NCBI RefSeq assembly: GCF_006345805.1
Contig: NW_021836750.1
Span: forward strand, 1 to 35,459
Direction: 5' to 3'
Origin: Octopus sinensis
Lineage: Eukaryota
DNA length: 35,459 bases
Part shown: positions 10,833 through 24,209 of the stretch, one piece after another
Layout of the letters: every line of letters starts with the position of its first letter
Numbering within the stretch: position 1 is the stretch's first letter
The notes under the pieces: generated by a model
The model's input: the letters and a program-made list of their open reading frames with translations, nothing else
Told to the model about the DNA's origin: nothing
The model's database searches: none
Program-made: the position numbers and the translations under genes

Positions 10833-11546
10833 TTATATATATATATATATATAATATATCATATATATATATATTATATGTGGAAAATACAAACTGGGAC
10901 AAGAACGTAAAACATTTAGAGACTATACAAAAACACGGACGGGACATTCGAAGCCTTCAGCTTCAGTCAAGAACCGGATCATCCTAGCATTTTCGGCTGA
11001 TATATAATAACCTTAACCTTTCATATGCTCTGGAAGAAGCCTTATGAGGTTTCTTTTTTTATCTTAAAGTACCCCATTTTAATGGCTTAGATTGTTTTAT
11101 CTATCCTTCTTCTCTTACTTGGTCCTTAAATAATTTTCTGAATTTTTATTTTATTAATATATAAATTTTCCTAAGTTTGGATACACATTTTTCCCTGTAC
11201 GTTTAATTCCCACACTTATATCTCATCGTGACCTCCTTTGTTTTTTTTTATTTTAGGCTACTTTTAGTTGATAATTATATGTTAAGTCATCCCTGCCCTT
11301 TCTGATTATCACCTCATCTCTATTTATCATCATCTTGCTAGCATCTTCTGAGACATATTCTTTTATTTAGATATGGGTGATTTTATGGTCACAGTAAAAT
11401 AGGGGTAGGGAAGAGCATCTGACATTAATTAATTTATCACCAACAGCTTGAACTTAACTGTCAATCCCCAATGGTTTTAATTCTTAGGGGATGTAGACTA
11501 CTTGCTGCATTGGGTCTTTTGAATGTGATAAGGATGTAGTTATATC

Positions 11547-11782
11547 TATTTCTTTACTACCCACAAGGGGCTAAACACAGAGGGGACAAACAAGAACAGA
11601 CAAACGGATTAAGTCGATTACATTGACCTCCAGTGCGTAACTGGTACTTAATTTATCGACCCCGAAAGGATGAAAGGCAAAGTCGACCTCGGCGGAATTT
11701 GAACTTCAGAACGTAGCGGCAGACGAAATACGGCTACGCATTTCACCCGGCGTGCTAACGTTTCTGCAGCTCACCGCCTTCC
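11547..11782 (-). mobile_element. SINE family B, full length, 16-bp TSD
   Basis: TSD AGGATGTAGTTATATC at 11531-11546 and 11783-11798. Confidence 0.95.
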
Positions 11783-11869
11783 AGGATGTAGTTATATCAC
11801 CGTTCCTCTTTTTTGACCCACACTATTTTCTTCCGTCATTCTAAATTGTTGCAGACTTTATGAAATAAT

Positions 11870-12473
11870 GTACATTTAAACACAAGAGAAACTACCTAGA
11901 ACAGGTAATTTTACACGCTAGAAGAAGTCAAAACGACCAAAACCACATTTAAGAGCAATTTCGAAGGGAATGAAAAATAAAAAACTTTTACCTTGTTATT
12001 TTTTTACGGTTATACCTAGATTTCAAATTTCTTTTGGCAAATAAAATAATTTGCTAGGCGAAATTCTCATCAGTAACCGCGCCATAGCATTAACATATAA
12101 TTTGGAGACAAATAACACGCGTCTCATCATCATATATTATAATTTTTTAATTCACCGCGCAAGCGCAGTTTCAGTCGGCAGTAAATGAAAAATGCCGAAC
12201 TGATCTTCGAAATGCTAAAATCATATAGTAAAATATATAGGGTAGCGAATATTTTTAGAAATTTCACTACCAGTGGACTAGCATGTATAAAATGTCAATA
12301 GACAACATATTCTCAATATAAAATAGCGTACATTTAAACACAAGAGAAAGTAACTAATAGGTAATTTTGCACGCTAGAAGAAACAGTCAAAACGACTAAA
12401 ACCACATTTAAGAGCAATTTCGAAGGTTATACCTAGGCTTCAAATTTTTTTAGCAAATAAAATAATTTGCTAG
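11870..12473. repeat. Direct repeat pair (11870-12057 and 12328-12473) around a ~270-bp spacer
   Basis: Both run GTACATTTAAACACAAGAGAAA...AAATAAAATAATTTGCTAG; the second copy lacks about 40 bp. Confidence 0.85.
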
Positions 12474-12739
12474 ACTTTAGGTATTTTTCCCTAAATTCAT
12501 TCTGCTACAATAATAACAAAAAGAAACAAAGCAATTATTTTAGTCTCTAGTACTGAAGAAAAATTTGTTAAAAAATTATAATGGAGTATCCTGTAGGTTG
12601 GAAATCTATATGGTTGTATGCTTCCGAGGAGAGAGGTTTATTTCAAATTGATGTAATATTTGCATTAATCGGTTAAATGGAGCCGCATGAAACGGGCGTA
12701 ATGCACTGATACCTGTACATCCTTGTTACATAGTTACTT

Positions 12740-12836
12740 TATATATATATATATGTATGCATAGATACACACCCACACACACATATATATATATACATAC
12801 ACCCTGTCTTCGTCTTTTGTTTTCAGTAAATTCAAC

Positions 12837-12902
<66 letters not shown>

Positions 12903-12941
12903 TGTATATATATATATAGTATATATATATATACATATGTA

Positions 12942-12985
<44 letters not shown>

Positions 12986-13042
12986 ATCTATCTATCTATC
13001 TATCTATCTATCTATATATATGTATATTTATATATATATATA

Positions 13043-13092
<50 letters not shown>

Positions 13093-13666
13093 ATACTCCA
13101 CGAAGTAGACTAGTTCTGCTAATGATAATAAACCCTCTGTCGATTGTGAAATACTGGTTGCCAGTGAGACATTGACCTTACATAACTAATCAGTATGATT
13201 TGAATCATTCTTGCTACTTGTTACATATTTTTTTAAACATTTTTCATTCAGCTATTTATATAGTTATTAAAGTTTCGTTTCGTTTCGTTTCGTTTCGTTT
13301 TATTTTGTGTATTCATCATTTTGTATTTCATTTACATTCACTTTCGTTTTTGTACTTATTTTAATTTACACCCACCTAAACACACACACACATACACACA
13401 CAAAAAGAAAGGTTTCTTCCCACTTCTTCATTTATAAGCAACAGAACCGTAGGTGTTTTCCTTTTATGCATTTTATATGTATCATGGACATACATAATAC
13501 ATGCGTGCATGCACAAACATACATACATACATACATACATACATACATACATACATACATACATACACACACACATAATACATACATACATACACACACA
13601 TACATACACGCACATATATACATACATACTCACAGTCGCACAGTTACACACTCATGCACACACACG

Positions 13667-13700
<34 letters not shown>

Positions 13701-13801
13701 TGTATGCATGCATGCATGTATGTATGTATGTATGTATGCATGCATGCATGTATGTATGTATGTATGTATGATGTATGTATGTATGTATGTATGTATGTAT
13801 G

Positions 13802-13832
<31 letters not shown>

Positions 13833-13931
13833 ATATGTATTTATCTACGCACATACATGTGTGTGTATATCAAAAGAAAGATATATACGTTTTGTAAATA
13901 TGCGTATATAATCCAACCGTAATTATATATA

Positions 13932-13975
<44 letters not shown>

Positions 13976-14045
13976 TATATATAGTATATTATATATATAA
14001 TATATATATAATTATATATATATATATATATACATATATATATAC
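12740..14045. repeat. Microsatellite field: (TA)n, (TATC)n, (GTTTC)n, (TACA)n then (TATG)n
   Basis: Directly visible, with short unique interruptions. Confidence 0.9.
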
Positions 14046-14317
14046 AACACACACGTACGTGTTTGTGAGGGTATATGTGCGCTTGTCTGTGTGTGTGTGT
14101 GTCCTTTGTGTGTATGTCTATGCAGTATGTGTTCGTGCGTGTGTGGTTTTGGAACTGCTTTCGTTGTCGAGAATAAAATTCATCCTTTTATGTCTAAGAG
14201 AAACACGCATGCAAAGTAATTTTCTTATCTCGCTGTTTCAGATATCAGAACGAGGAAATACATCGAAACAACAGAAGCAACAAGAACGACCACGACGACG
14301 ACTACAAGGACATCAAC

Positions 14318-14435
14318 ATCAACAACAACAACAACAACAACAACAAATAACAACAACAATAATAATAATAATAATAAAATAATAATAATAATGATGATGA
14401 TGATGATGATGATGATAATAATAATAATAATAATG

Positions 14436-14469
<34 letters not shown>

Positions 14470-14522
14470 TAATAATATTAATAATAATAATAATAACAAT
14501 AACAATAATAATAATAATAGTA

Positions 14523-14606
<84 letters not shown>

Positions 14607-15741
14607 GTAATAGCACTACCAAAAAACGCCTTCAGAAGACACTACTAACAACATCAGCAACTGCAGCAGCAACGGGAACAGCAACAACAACAATAATAAT
14701 AGGAATAATAATTCGGCAAATAGATAATATATACATAATGAAAATGACAAATGAAAGGAACGCAAGAAATGGTAAAAGATAGAAAGGAAAAGAAAAGCGA
14801 AAGTAGAAAGGATAAATGAAGTTGTCGTTATCAGATGTAAAATAGCATGATAACTTTGATATGGGAGAGAGAGAAGGAGAAAGAGAGAGAGAGAGAAGGA
14901 GAGAGAGTGACAGAGAGAGAGAGGGATGAGCAAGGGGAGAGAGAAGGTGAAAGAGTGAGAGAGAGAAGGGGAGAGAGGGAGAAAGAGAGAGAAAAGGAGA
15001 GAGGGAGAAAGAATGAGAAAGAGAAGAGGAGAGAGGGAGAGAGGGAGAAAAAGAGAGAAGGGGAGAGTGATGGAGAGAGAGAGGGGAAAGAGAGGGAGAG
15101 AGAGAGGGGAGAAAAAGGGCGAGAGAGGAGAGAGAGTGAGAGGGAGAAGGAGAGAGAGAGGGACAGAGGGAGAAAGAGAGAGAAGGAGAGAGAGTGACAG
15201 AGAGAGAGGAAGAGAGATATGGGAGAGAGAAGGAGAGAGAGAAAGAGAGGGAGCAGGAGAAAGAGAGAGAGTGAGAGAGAGGGAGAGAGAAGGAGAGAGA
15301 GAAGGAGAGAGAGAAGGAGAGAGAGAAGGAGAGAGAAGGAGAGAGAGACAGAGAAAGTATGTGCTTGAGTGAAAGAGATAGGGAGAAGTTATGAGACAGC
15401 GTGGAAGAGAGAGAGAAAGTATGTGTGAATGAGAGAGAGTGAATGAGATAGAGAATAAGAGGGAGGGGGAGAGAGTGAATGAGAGAGAATAAGAGGGTGG
15501 AAGAGAGAGGGAGAAAGATTGGAGAAAGAAAAGCGCCCTCAAGGGAGGAAATCCGATGAACGACATGACTGTCTAAAAAAACAAAAAAACATCAACGCAA
15601 AACAACAACACAAAACAACAAAAACATCAACACAAAACAACAGCAAAACAAAAAAAAACCAAAAATATTATCTGCCAATTTTTCGTTAGCTAAAATGTAT
15701 TCACAAACATATCAAGCAAGCTTTAATAGTTTTGATGGAAG

Positions 15742-15837
<96 letters not shown>

Positions 15838-15870
15838 TAATGGTGATGATGATGATGATGATGATGATAA
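14318..15870. repeat. (CAA)n/(TAA)n/(GAT)n arrays and a ~670-bp degenerate (GA)n polypurine tract (14863-15530)
   Basis: Directly visible; explains the 316-aa Leu/Ser pseudo-ORF. Confidence 0.92.
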
Positions 15871-16114
15871 TTTCTAAGACACACAAACCTGACTGATACA
15901 ATTCGACGAACTTTAGACGACCAGTGCAACATGCGAATATCTTGTCAATCAGTCTGGCTCTTATTTAAAGAAGAAAAAAAAATGAAAGGAAAAAAACCCC
16001 ATTTCTGTTTGAATTTGTCCTCAATACGTTTCCCTGATAGGTCTTGTCACATAGAATCATTTGAGCGTAACAATATATTATTTTGAATAATTGATAAGTT
16101 GCATTAGTCTCGTA

Positions 16115-16712
16115 TTTTTATGACTGGTTAGTGGAAGGCATGGGTGACGATCTCCAGGGAACAGTGGATGGTGTGGACGTTGTTAGTCTGAGAGTTCTTT
16201 TCTAGAAGATTTTTCAAGTCCGGCATTGTGAACAATTTTCATAAGTTCTTCACTTCTCATAGGTACTAGAGCATATTGCTCATCCGGAATTAACTCTACA
16301 AGCAACGTCGTGTTAGACCCGACAAACAAAACCTGTCCGAAATGCACAGACGGCGACGAAACGGTCCTCGATTAGTTCCAGCGCATTCCACATTTGGGGA
16401 TATATATCAAGCAATTTTTTTCATGTTCAGAACTAATCCCTGTTATCAATCTACTCTATCTTGAAGATAGATCTATTGTCTTCTTTTAGCAAGGATGAGT
16501 ATGTCGTCTTCCTCTGTCCAGTTGCTTTGACGAGGGAAGTTGTGGGACGGTATGGTTTAAAAGTTTTGAGGATAGAACTTCTCTGCATAGTCTAGGCTGT
16601 CATCGACTCCTTCAAGTACCACTTTCAAAAGAAGATCAAGGTATAAAGGGTGGAACTACTTCCCAGCAAATTTTATGAACGGTTGGTGAGATTGGAAAAA
16701 TCGGTGTGGTGA
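16115..16712 (+). mobile_element. Decayed Tx1/L1-like LINE ORF2 C-terminus (zf-RVT region)
   Basis: Frameshifted translation FYDWLVEG..DD / VNNFHK...LLIRN*LYK / KTCPKCTDGDETVL (Cys codon at 16334) / VVFLCPVALTREVV..LKVL..SFKYHFQKKIKV*R..SKFYERL. The CxxC..ET..(H) knuckle and spacing are typical of L1/Tx1. Confidence 0.7.
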
Positions 16713-16855
16713 AATCAGCTTGGTCTAACTATGCAGCTACAAGTTGGAATTAAGAACTGGAAGGTACTTGCCGTTAGTTTGTTAGGCTAATCGGGAGTTT
16801 TGCATGGGACGCACGAATCATTCCATGCAGTTGACTTTCATTTTGGGGCGACTTT

Positions 16856-17374
16856 GCCATCAAAGTGTAAAATATACGAAGCCCAGTATTCCCATCATGA
16901 CTACCCGTTTGATAAGGGTACACCAGGCACATGCATCACAACCATATATGTGCGACATAGTGATCTCATATCAAGGCAAACAGCGCATGACCTTGCAGGT
17001 AGAGCCCAGTTAGAATTTTCTTCAAGTCGAATAGCCCATCCCGCTCAAAAGGGTTTTTTAAGGATGTTGAACAAAACACCCATGTTTCCAAAGGAAAATT
17101 ATCAAAACCCCAAAGAATTCCACTCAACATATAGCTATAATGCCTGCTCCCACTACTTCTGCTCGTGATCAGAGATGCACATATCGTCAGCCACTAAGAG
17201 ACATGCTCAACTGGTTAAGGTCAGGCAACTGACAAGCAAATCTGTGGTAGTGAGCAGAATATTTGCTGTAGCTCATCTTTTATACCAAGACAAAACAATG
17301 TACACGATAACACTTCCAATCATTTAAGACCAGAAGCCATGCGAGCCACTGCCTGGTACTGCATCAGGCGTTTC

Positions 17375-17375
<1 letters not shown>
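16856..17375 (-). mobile_element. Putative ~520-bp non-autonomous interspersed repeat abutting (TAA)n
   Basis: Non-coding, higher-GC block that starts exactly at the (TAA)n edge (minus strand GAAACGCCTGATGCAGTACCAGGC...). Recalled as a common octopus repeat; no second copy in this window. Confidence 0.45.
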
Positions 17376-17421
<46 letters not shown>

Positions 17422-17435
17422 TATTATTATTATTA

Positions 17436-17523
<88 letters not shown>

Positions 17524-17568
17524 ATTATTATTATTATTAATTATTATTATTCTATTATTCTTATTATA

Positions 17569-17600
<32 letters not shown>

Positions 17601-17603
17601 TTA
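17376..17603. repeat. (TTA)n array
   Basis: Directly visible. Confidence 0.95.
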
Positions 17604-19112
17604 TATGTTTGACTTTTGCTTTATATTTCTACAAGTGGATGTCTAAAAAAAAAATGTTTGTTTTAAACCATGAGATTACATAGAAATATTTTGCGTAGGA
17701 TATGAGCAGTTCCATGAGTACTATCTTTTGAATTTCTTGCCATTTTGGGGTTTCCTGGTATCTGAGTTAGGTAGCAATCAGCCCCTTTCGCTATCATTCC
17801 CAGGGCACCTATGACAACAGTATGTTTTAGTCTTCAGGTTCCACATTTTTCTGATTTCTATTTCAAGATCTTATATTTTGCTCAGTTTTGGTAGGTCTTG
17901 ACAGATACGTTTTTATCGATTGGGACAGTCTATCAATGAGGAGGCATGTTCTTTGTTTGAAGTCTTTCAATATGATGTCTGGCCTGTTTTGCATCTATCT
18001 TTCTGTCAGTTTGAATGGTGAAGTTCCAGAGGAGTGAGATGTGGTCATTTTCAAGCACTGGGGTGTTTTGTGTTCCACCCAGTTTTTTTTCATGGGGCAA
18101 CCAAGTTTTTGCAGATTACCCAGTGAATATAATTGTGCAGCTCTATCATGCCTGTTGAGATACTCTGTAGGCGCTAGAAGACTGCACTTGGAGACCACAT
18201 GATCAATGGTTTCATTTTTGTTTGCTGACATACACGACATGTTGGGCTACTGCCGATCTTTAATATGTTGGCCTAGTAGTTTCTTGTTGTAGGCATTGAT
18301 CTTGAGCTGCTATGATAAACCCCTCTGTTTCAGATTTTAAGCCAAGATAACCATTAGCCATTGATGGGTCAGGGCTTTGTCAACATCTGCATTATTCGCT
18401 CTCTTTGGGTATTTGCCATAGAGAAGTTTTTCTTGCCATTTATCATTCAGATATCTAAGGCCGCAGATTTAGCACGGGTTTTCATGCGCTTAGCTTTTTC
18501 TGTGCCTGTTCTTATGTCTATCTCTAATTCCGAAATTTGTTGTATTCGGAATTCACTTAGATATTCTTTTGCCTGTTTTGTTACTGAGTATGATGCTTTC
18601 TTGTTTTCATGTTTTGAGACAAGTTTTAAAAATCCAGTCCTCAGAGTTTTCAGGTAGGTGTTTAGGCCAATTGGTAGCATCTTCATTGTTATTGCCAGTT
18701 GCAAAAGTCACGGCCTCCCTCTTTCTTTTCTGGCAGATAAAGTCGTTCTGTATCTGCCTTAGTGGGAATTCTATGCATTGTCAACAGTTTTCGTATTTTT
18801 CTGTCAAGATTACATATTTCAGTAATTGACCAGTTAACGATATGAAACTGTAATTCACGACTGGTATGGCTAATGCATTGATCGCTTCGATCCTGTTTCT
18901 CGCATTCAGCTCTGTCTTGAGTATTGCTCTTACTCTGCGATAACATTCTCTCCTGATCCTTTCCTTCATCTCTGAATGCCTTATTCCGTCTCCTTCAATT
19001 ACCCCTAGATACTTGTAGTTCTCCGCTGGGTCTAATTCTTTATGACATTCTGCTGGTCAAGGTTAACGTTAGATGTTTCTGTCATTTTTCTTTGATAAAG
19101 GTAGCTTTTGCG
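17604..19112 (-). mobile_element. 5'-truncated R4/Dong-clade non-LTR retrotransposon (end of RT/thumb, CCHC knuckle, RLE, short 3' UTR), frameshifted
   Basis: Pieces: YKYLGVIEGDGIRHSEMKERIRRECYRRVRAILKTELNARNRIEAINALAIPVVNYSF; LDRKIRKLLTMHR; ERLYLP..EGGR; LKSETEGFIIAAQDQ; CRVC..NETIDHVVSKCSLLAPTEYLNRHD; NRPDIILKD; VIGALGMI. Stop at about 17676. (TAA)n on both sides. Confidence 0.93.
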
Positions 19113-19113
19113 C

Positions 19114-19169
<56 letters not shown>

Positions 19170-19252
19170 GTAGTAGTAGTAGTAGTAGTCGTAGTAGTCG
19201 TAGTATTAGTATTAGTAGTAGTATTATTAGTAGTATTAGTAGTAGTATTAGT

Positions 19253-19416
19253 ATGCTTAGCAGTATTTTGTCTGCCGCTACGTTCTGAGTTCAAATTCCG
19301 CCGGGGCCGACTTTGCCTTTCATCATTTCGGGGTCGATTAAATAAGTACCAGTTACGCACTGGGGTCGACTTAATCCTTTCCCCAAAATTGAGGCCTTGT
19401 GCTTCCAGTAGAAAGG

Positions 19417-19454
<38 letters not shown>

Positions 19455-19906
19455 GGCGTCGAGCTGGCAGAATCGTTAGCACGCTGGACGAAATACTTAG
19501 CGGTATTTCACCCGTCGGTACGTTCTGAATTCAAATTCTGCGGAGGTCGACTTTGACTTCCATACTTTCGGGGTCGATAAATTAAGTATCAGTCAAGTAC
19601 TGGGGTCGATGTAACCGACTTAATTCCTGCTTCATTATTTCATGTCTTGTGCCTATAGTAGAAAGGATTCTTATTATTATTACGGCAGTGAGCTGGCAGA
19701 ACGGTTACCGCGCCAGACAAAATGCTATATGTCCAGTGACTCAAGGTTCAGTGTTCAGAATACCGCCAGATGTTGACCTTGCCTTTCATCCTTTCGGGGT
19801 CGATTAAATAACTACCAGCTGGACACTGATAATTGACTTAAACCCGAAGGTGCTGGCATTGTTACACAATTTGAAATCATCATCATCATCATCGTCATCG
19901 TCATTG

Positions 19907-19959
<53 letters not shown>

Positions 19960-20169
19960 ATTCTGGCGGAGAGCTGGCAAAATCATTAGCGCGATGGACG
20001 AAATGCTTAGCGATATTTCGCTCGTCGATACATTCTGAGTTCAAATTCCGTCGACTTAGCCTTTCAGCCTTTCGGGGTCGGTAAATTAATTACTAGTGAA
20101 ACAGTGGGTTGATATAATCGACTTGCCCCCACGCCACAAATTTGAGGCCTTGTAGCTCCTATAGAAAGG

Positions 20170-20170
<1 letters not shown>
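19253..20170 (+). mobile_element. Four head-to-tail SINE B variant copies with (TTA)n-type tails (19253-19420, 19455-19680, 19684-19877, 19965-20170)
   Basis: Each carries the B central domain (GTCGACTT/GTTGACCT...GCCTTTCATC-like). Tails read GGCCTTGTG...AGTAGAAAGGA or GCATTGT...AATTTGAAA, not the TAAAGAAATA tail. Confidence 0.9.
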
Positions 20171-20223
<53 letters not shown>

Positions 20224-20259
20224 GTTATTGTTGTTGTTATTGTTGTTATTGTTGTTGTT

Positions 20260-20291
<32 letters not shown>

Positions 20292-20308
20292 CGTCGTCGT
20301 CGTCGTCG

Positions 20309-20339
<31 letters not shown>

Positions 20340-21185
20340 TATTATTACTATTATTATTGTTATTTGAAGCTTCTTTTGACTGAAAGAGGAAAAGAAAATT
20401 TTCGCCTCGAGAAAATTGTAATTATATTTTGAAATACAAAGTGAACAATAAAATTAAAAGAAAAAGCAAAAAAAAAAAACAAAAAAAACAACGAAATATA
20501 AATAAAATTAGAAGGAAAAGAAAATGTTGCACATTTCTACAAAGCATAAATCTGGGTATCTACATTTTATACATACATACATACATACACTCATGCATAC
20601 ATACATACATACATACATACATACATACATACATACATACATACATACATACATACACACATACATACATACACTCATGCATACATACATACATACATAC
20701 ATAATACACTCATGCATACATACATAAATACATACATACATACATACATACATACACTCATGCATACATACATACATACATACATACATACATACATACA
20801 TACATACATACCTCATGCATGCATGCATACATGCAATACATACAACATACATAAATAACTACATAACATACACTCATTGCATACATACCTACAGTACATA
20901 CATATACATACATCATACATACATACACACGATACTACACTAATACATACATACATACAAAATACATACAACATACTACACTATGCATACATACATACAT
21001 ATACAATAACATACATACATACATACACACAAATACATAATACATACATACATACATACATACACTCATGCGACATACCATACATACATACATAACATAC
21101 ATAAATACAACATAAACTCATGCATACATACATACATACATACATACATACATACATACACACATACATACATACATAACATACA

Positions 21186-21216
<31 letters not shown>

Positions 21217-21471
21217 CATACACTCATGCTTAACTAAACATACATACATTACATACATACATACATACACTTGCATACATACATACATACATCACATACA
21301 TACATACATTACATCATACATACATACATACACTCAGCAACATACATACAACATACATACATACATACATAATACATACTACACAATACATACATACATA
21401 CATACCATACATACATACATACATACACTCATGCATACATACATACATACATACATACATACATACATACA

Positions 21472-21502
<31 letters not shown>

Positions 21503-21608
21503 TTTATGTAAGTTTGTCTAAATATGCGATTGTGCACGAGGAACATCATACTGAATCACATAAACACATAAAAATTTGAAATCATCATCATCATCGTCAT
21601 CGTCATTG

Positions 21609-21644
<36 letters not shown>

Positions 21645-21690
21645 TATTATTATTATTATTATAATTATTTATATTATTATTATTATTTTA

Positions 21691-21726
<36 letters not shown>

Positions 21727-22196
21727 TATTAATTATTATTATTTTATTATATTATATTATTATTGTTATAATATTGTTATAAATATATAGATACTTCATA
21801 TTCAGACACAGAGACATATACACACAAGCTTATGTACACACGTATACATACATGGAAGTGTGTGATTACATGTGTATATAGGCATGCTTGTGGGTGTGTA
21901 TGAGCTGTCCGTTCGACACTTATATAAGCGTCCGTATGAATATAACACATATGTATAAGTATATACGTGTGTGTAAATTTGAATATGTAAATGTGCATGT
22001 ATATTTATATATATACATACACACATACACACACACACACCACATACACGCACACATATACATATATATATATATAAGTGTATTTATGTATGTATGTGTG
22101 GATTTATGAGTTTGAATTGATATAACATAAAGAATGTGAAGAATATAAATTGATGCAGAAGTTTGACCAACCTTCGAATTTATTCTATTATTTAAT

Positions 22197-22231
<35 letters not shown>

Positions 22232-22635
22232 TGAAGGAAAGAAAGAGAGAGAGAGAGAGTGAATGAGGGAGGGAGAGAGAGAACACGAAAATTTGGTAGG
22301 AGTAATTTTATATTTTGAATTTTATATTTTGACCAAAATATTTTTTTTTCATGTTTTATTTTCGATTTCTTGTTTATTTTTGCATGCCGTTTATTGCTCT
22401 TATGTTTCTGGCTATTGTTGCTAACCGCCGCCGCTGCCGCCGCCGCTGCCGCCGCCGTCGTCGTCGTCGTTATTGTTATTGGTGTTGTTGTTATTGTTGT
22501 AGTTGCTGCTGTTGTGGTCGTTGGCGTTGTTGATGGCAAATTAATGAAATTTACGAACCGTGTACTAATTGAATTGTTCACAGAACGTATGTGTCCACCT
22601 CTGATATATTGCAACTTTGATGTATGTATGTATAT

Positions 22636-22689
<54 letters not shown>

Positions 22690-23125
22690 TATATTCACAC
22701 AGATAAGCAATAAGCATACATAATGCATATCTATCTATCTACCTATCTATATATATATGTATTTGTATATGTATGTATAAGTATGAGAACGAGTGACACA
22801 TCACCTAGAATTACATGCAGACACATATACGAACCGTGCACATACACATACATAAGTATATATAATATGGTTATGCGTAGATATACATACATATACACAC
22901 ATACACCTATATGTACGCTGCTATAAGAATATATATTTATATGTACACACACACATTCATGTAAGAATATGTATGCATGTATGTATATATGTATTTATGT
23001 ATGTGTGTATGCATGTATCTATGTATGTATGTATCTATCTATGCGATATGTTTGTATGTATGTATGTGTGTGTGTATACATGCATGTATGGATGTATATA
23101 TCTATCTATACGATATATTTGTATG
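20171..23125. repeat. Microsatellite field: (TTA/TTG/TCG/TCA)n, ~930-bp (TACA)n at 20570-21500, (TTA)n, (GA)n, (GCC/GTC/GTT)n, (TA/TATG)n, with short unique islands
   Basis: Directly visible. Confidence 0.88.
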
Positions 23126-23470
23126 TATAGCCTCCATACATGTTTTAGGACGAAAAAGACAAACAGTGCTAGTAAATTGTGACGAACAACATGGCGTTTA
23201 TTTAATGCCTGAGAATTTGAAAAGAGGTGATTAAATTTTCGGGTATTGGACCTTCATTCGAAAATTGGAGAGGAACTTAAAGGGCGAGAGTGAGAGAGAA
23301 ATAAAGAGTGTAGTGAAAAAATAAAAATAAAGTAAAAAATTAGAAATGAAAAATATTAATTAGAAAAAGTATATATAAATTAACTGAAACAAGAAAAATG
23401 ATTATATATTTTCAGATATATTTTTTCGTTTTGTAGAAAGAAAAACAGCCACACGGAGGAAATATCTTCA

Positions 23471-23873
23471 TTTACTCTTTTACTCTCTTTTACTCTTTTA
23501 CTTGTTTCAGTCATTTGACTGCGGCCATGCTGGAGCACCGCCTTTAATGGAGCAACTCGACCCCGGGACTTATTCTTTTGTAAGCCCAGTACTTATTCTA
23601 TCGGGGACGTAAACACACCAGCATCGGTTTTCAAGCAATGCTAGAGGGACAAACACAGACACACAAACATATACACACACACCTTATATATATATATATA
23701 TACATATATACGACAGGCTTCTTTCAGTTTCCGTCTACCAAATCCACTCACAAGGCATTGGTCAGCCCGGGGCTATAGCAGAAGACACTTGCCCAAGATG
23801 CCACGCAGTGGGACTGAACCCGGGACCATGTGGTTGGTTAGCAAGCTACTTACCACACAGCCACCCCTGCGCC
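23471..23873 (-). mobile_element. SINE family A with ~28-bp internal deletion
   Basis: Reads CTTATTCTATCG|GGGACGTAAAC, lacking the GTCTCTTTTGCCGAACCGCTAAG segment. Confidence 0.92.
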
Positions 23874-24209
23874 TATGTAGAAGATCAAAAATAAAATCAC
23901 AGATAGGGAAAATTAAGAGAAACGAACACGGAATGCAGCGAGAAAAGTATTAAAAATAACAAATACGGACGTATAAACGCCCTTGGACAAGCTGCGTGGC
24001 GCGAGTACACTCGCTCATACAAGCATCCGCGAAAATGTGAGCATACGCACACGTGAGATTTGGTGCACTCATGATCACAAAGCAAGTTAACTATCTATTT
24101 GGTGTTTGTAAGAATGGGGAGGTTAAAAGTAAATTTAAGTCATCCATACCTTAAAGTGAATTAAATTATTTTAACGGTTACTCAAAATTCATTCTCACTG
24201 CGTTGTGTG

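Noticed and set aside
14220-14382. Possible exon after an acceptor-like TTTCAG (14240) encoding a Gln-rich stretch
   Set aside because: Runs into (CAA)n/(TAA)n with stops; no donor site or homology visible.
14616-15566. 316-aa ORF, the longest in the track
   Set aside because: Translation of the (GA)n/(CT)n tract; low-complexity Leu/Ser/Pro.
16800-17168. 122-aa ORF of normal composition
   Set aside because: Spans a repeat junction, starts at TTG, and has no recognisable motif; likely incidental.
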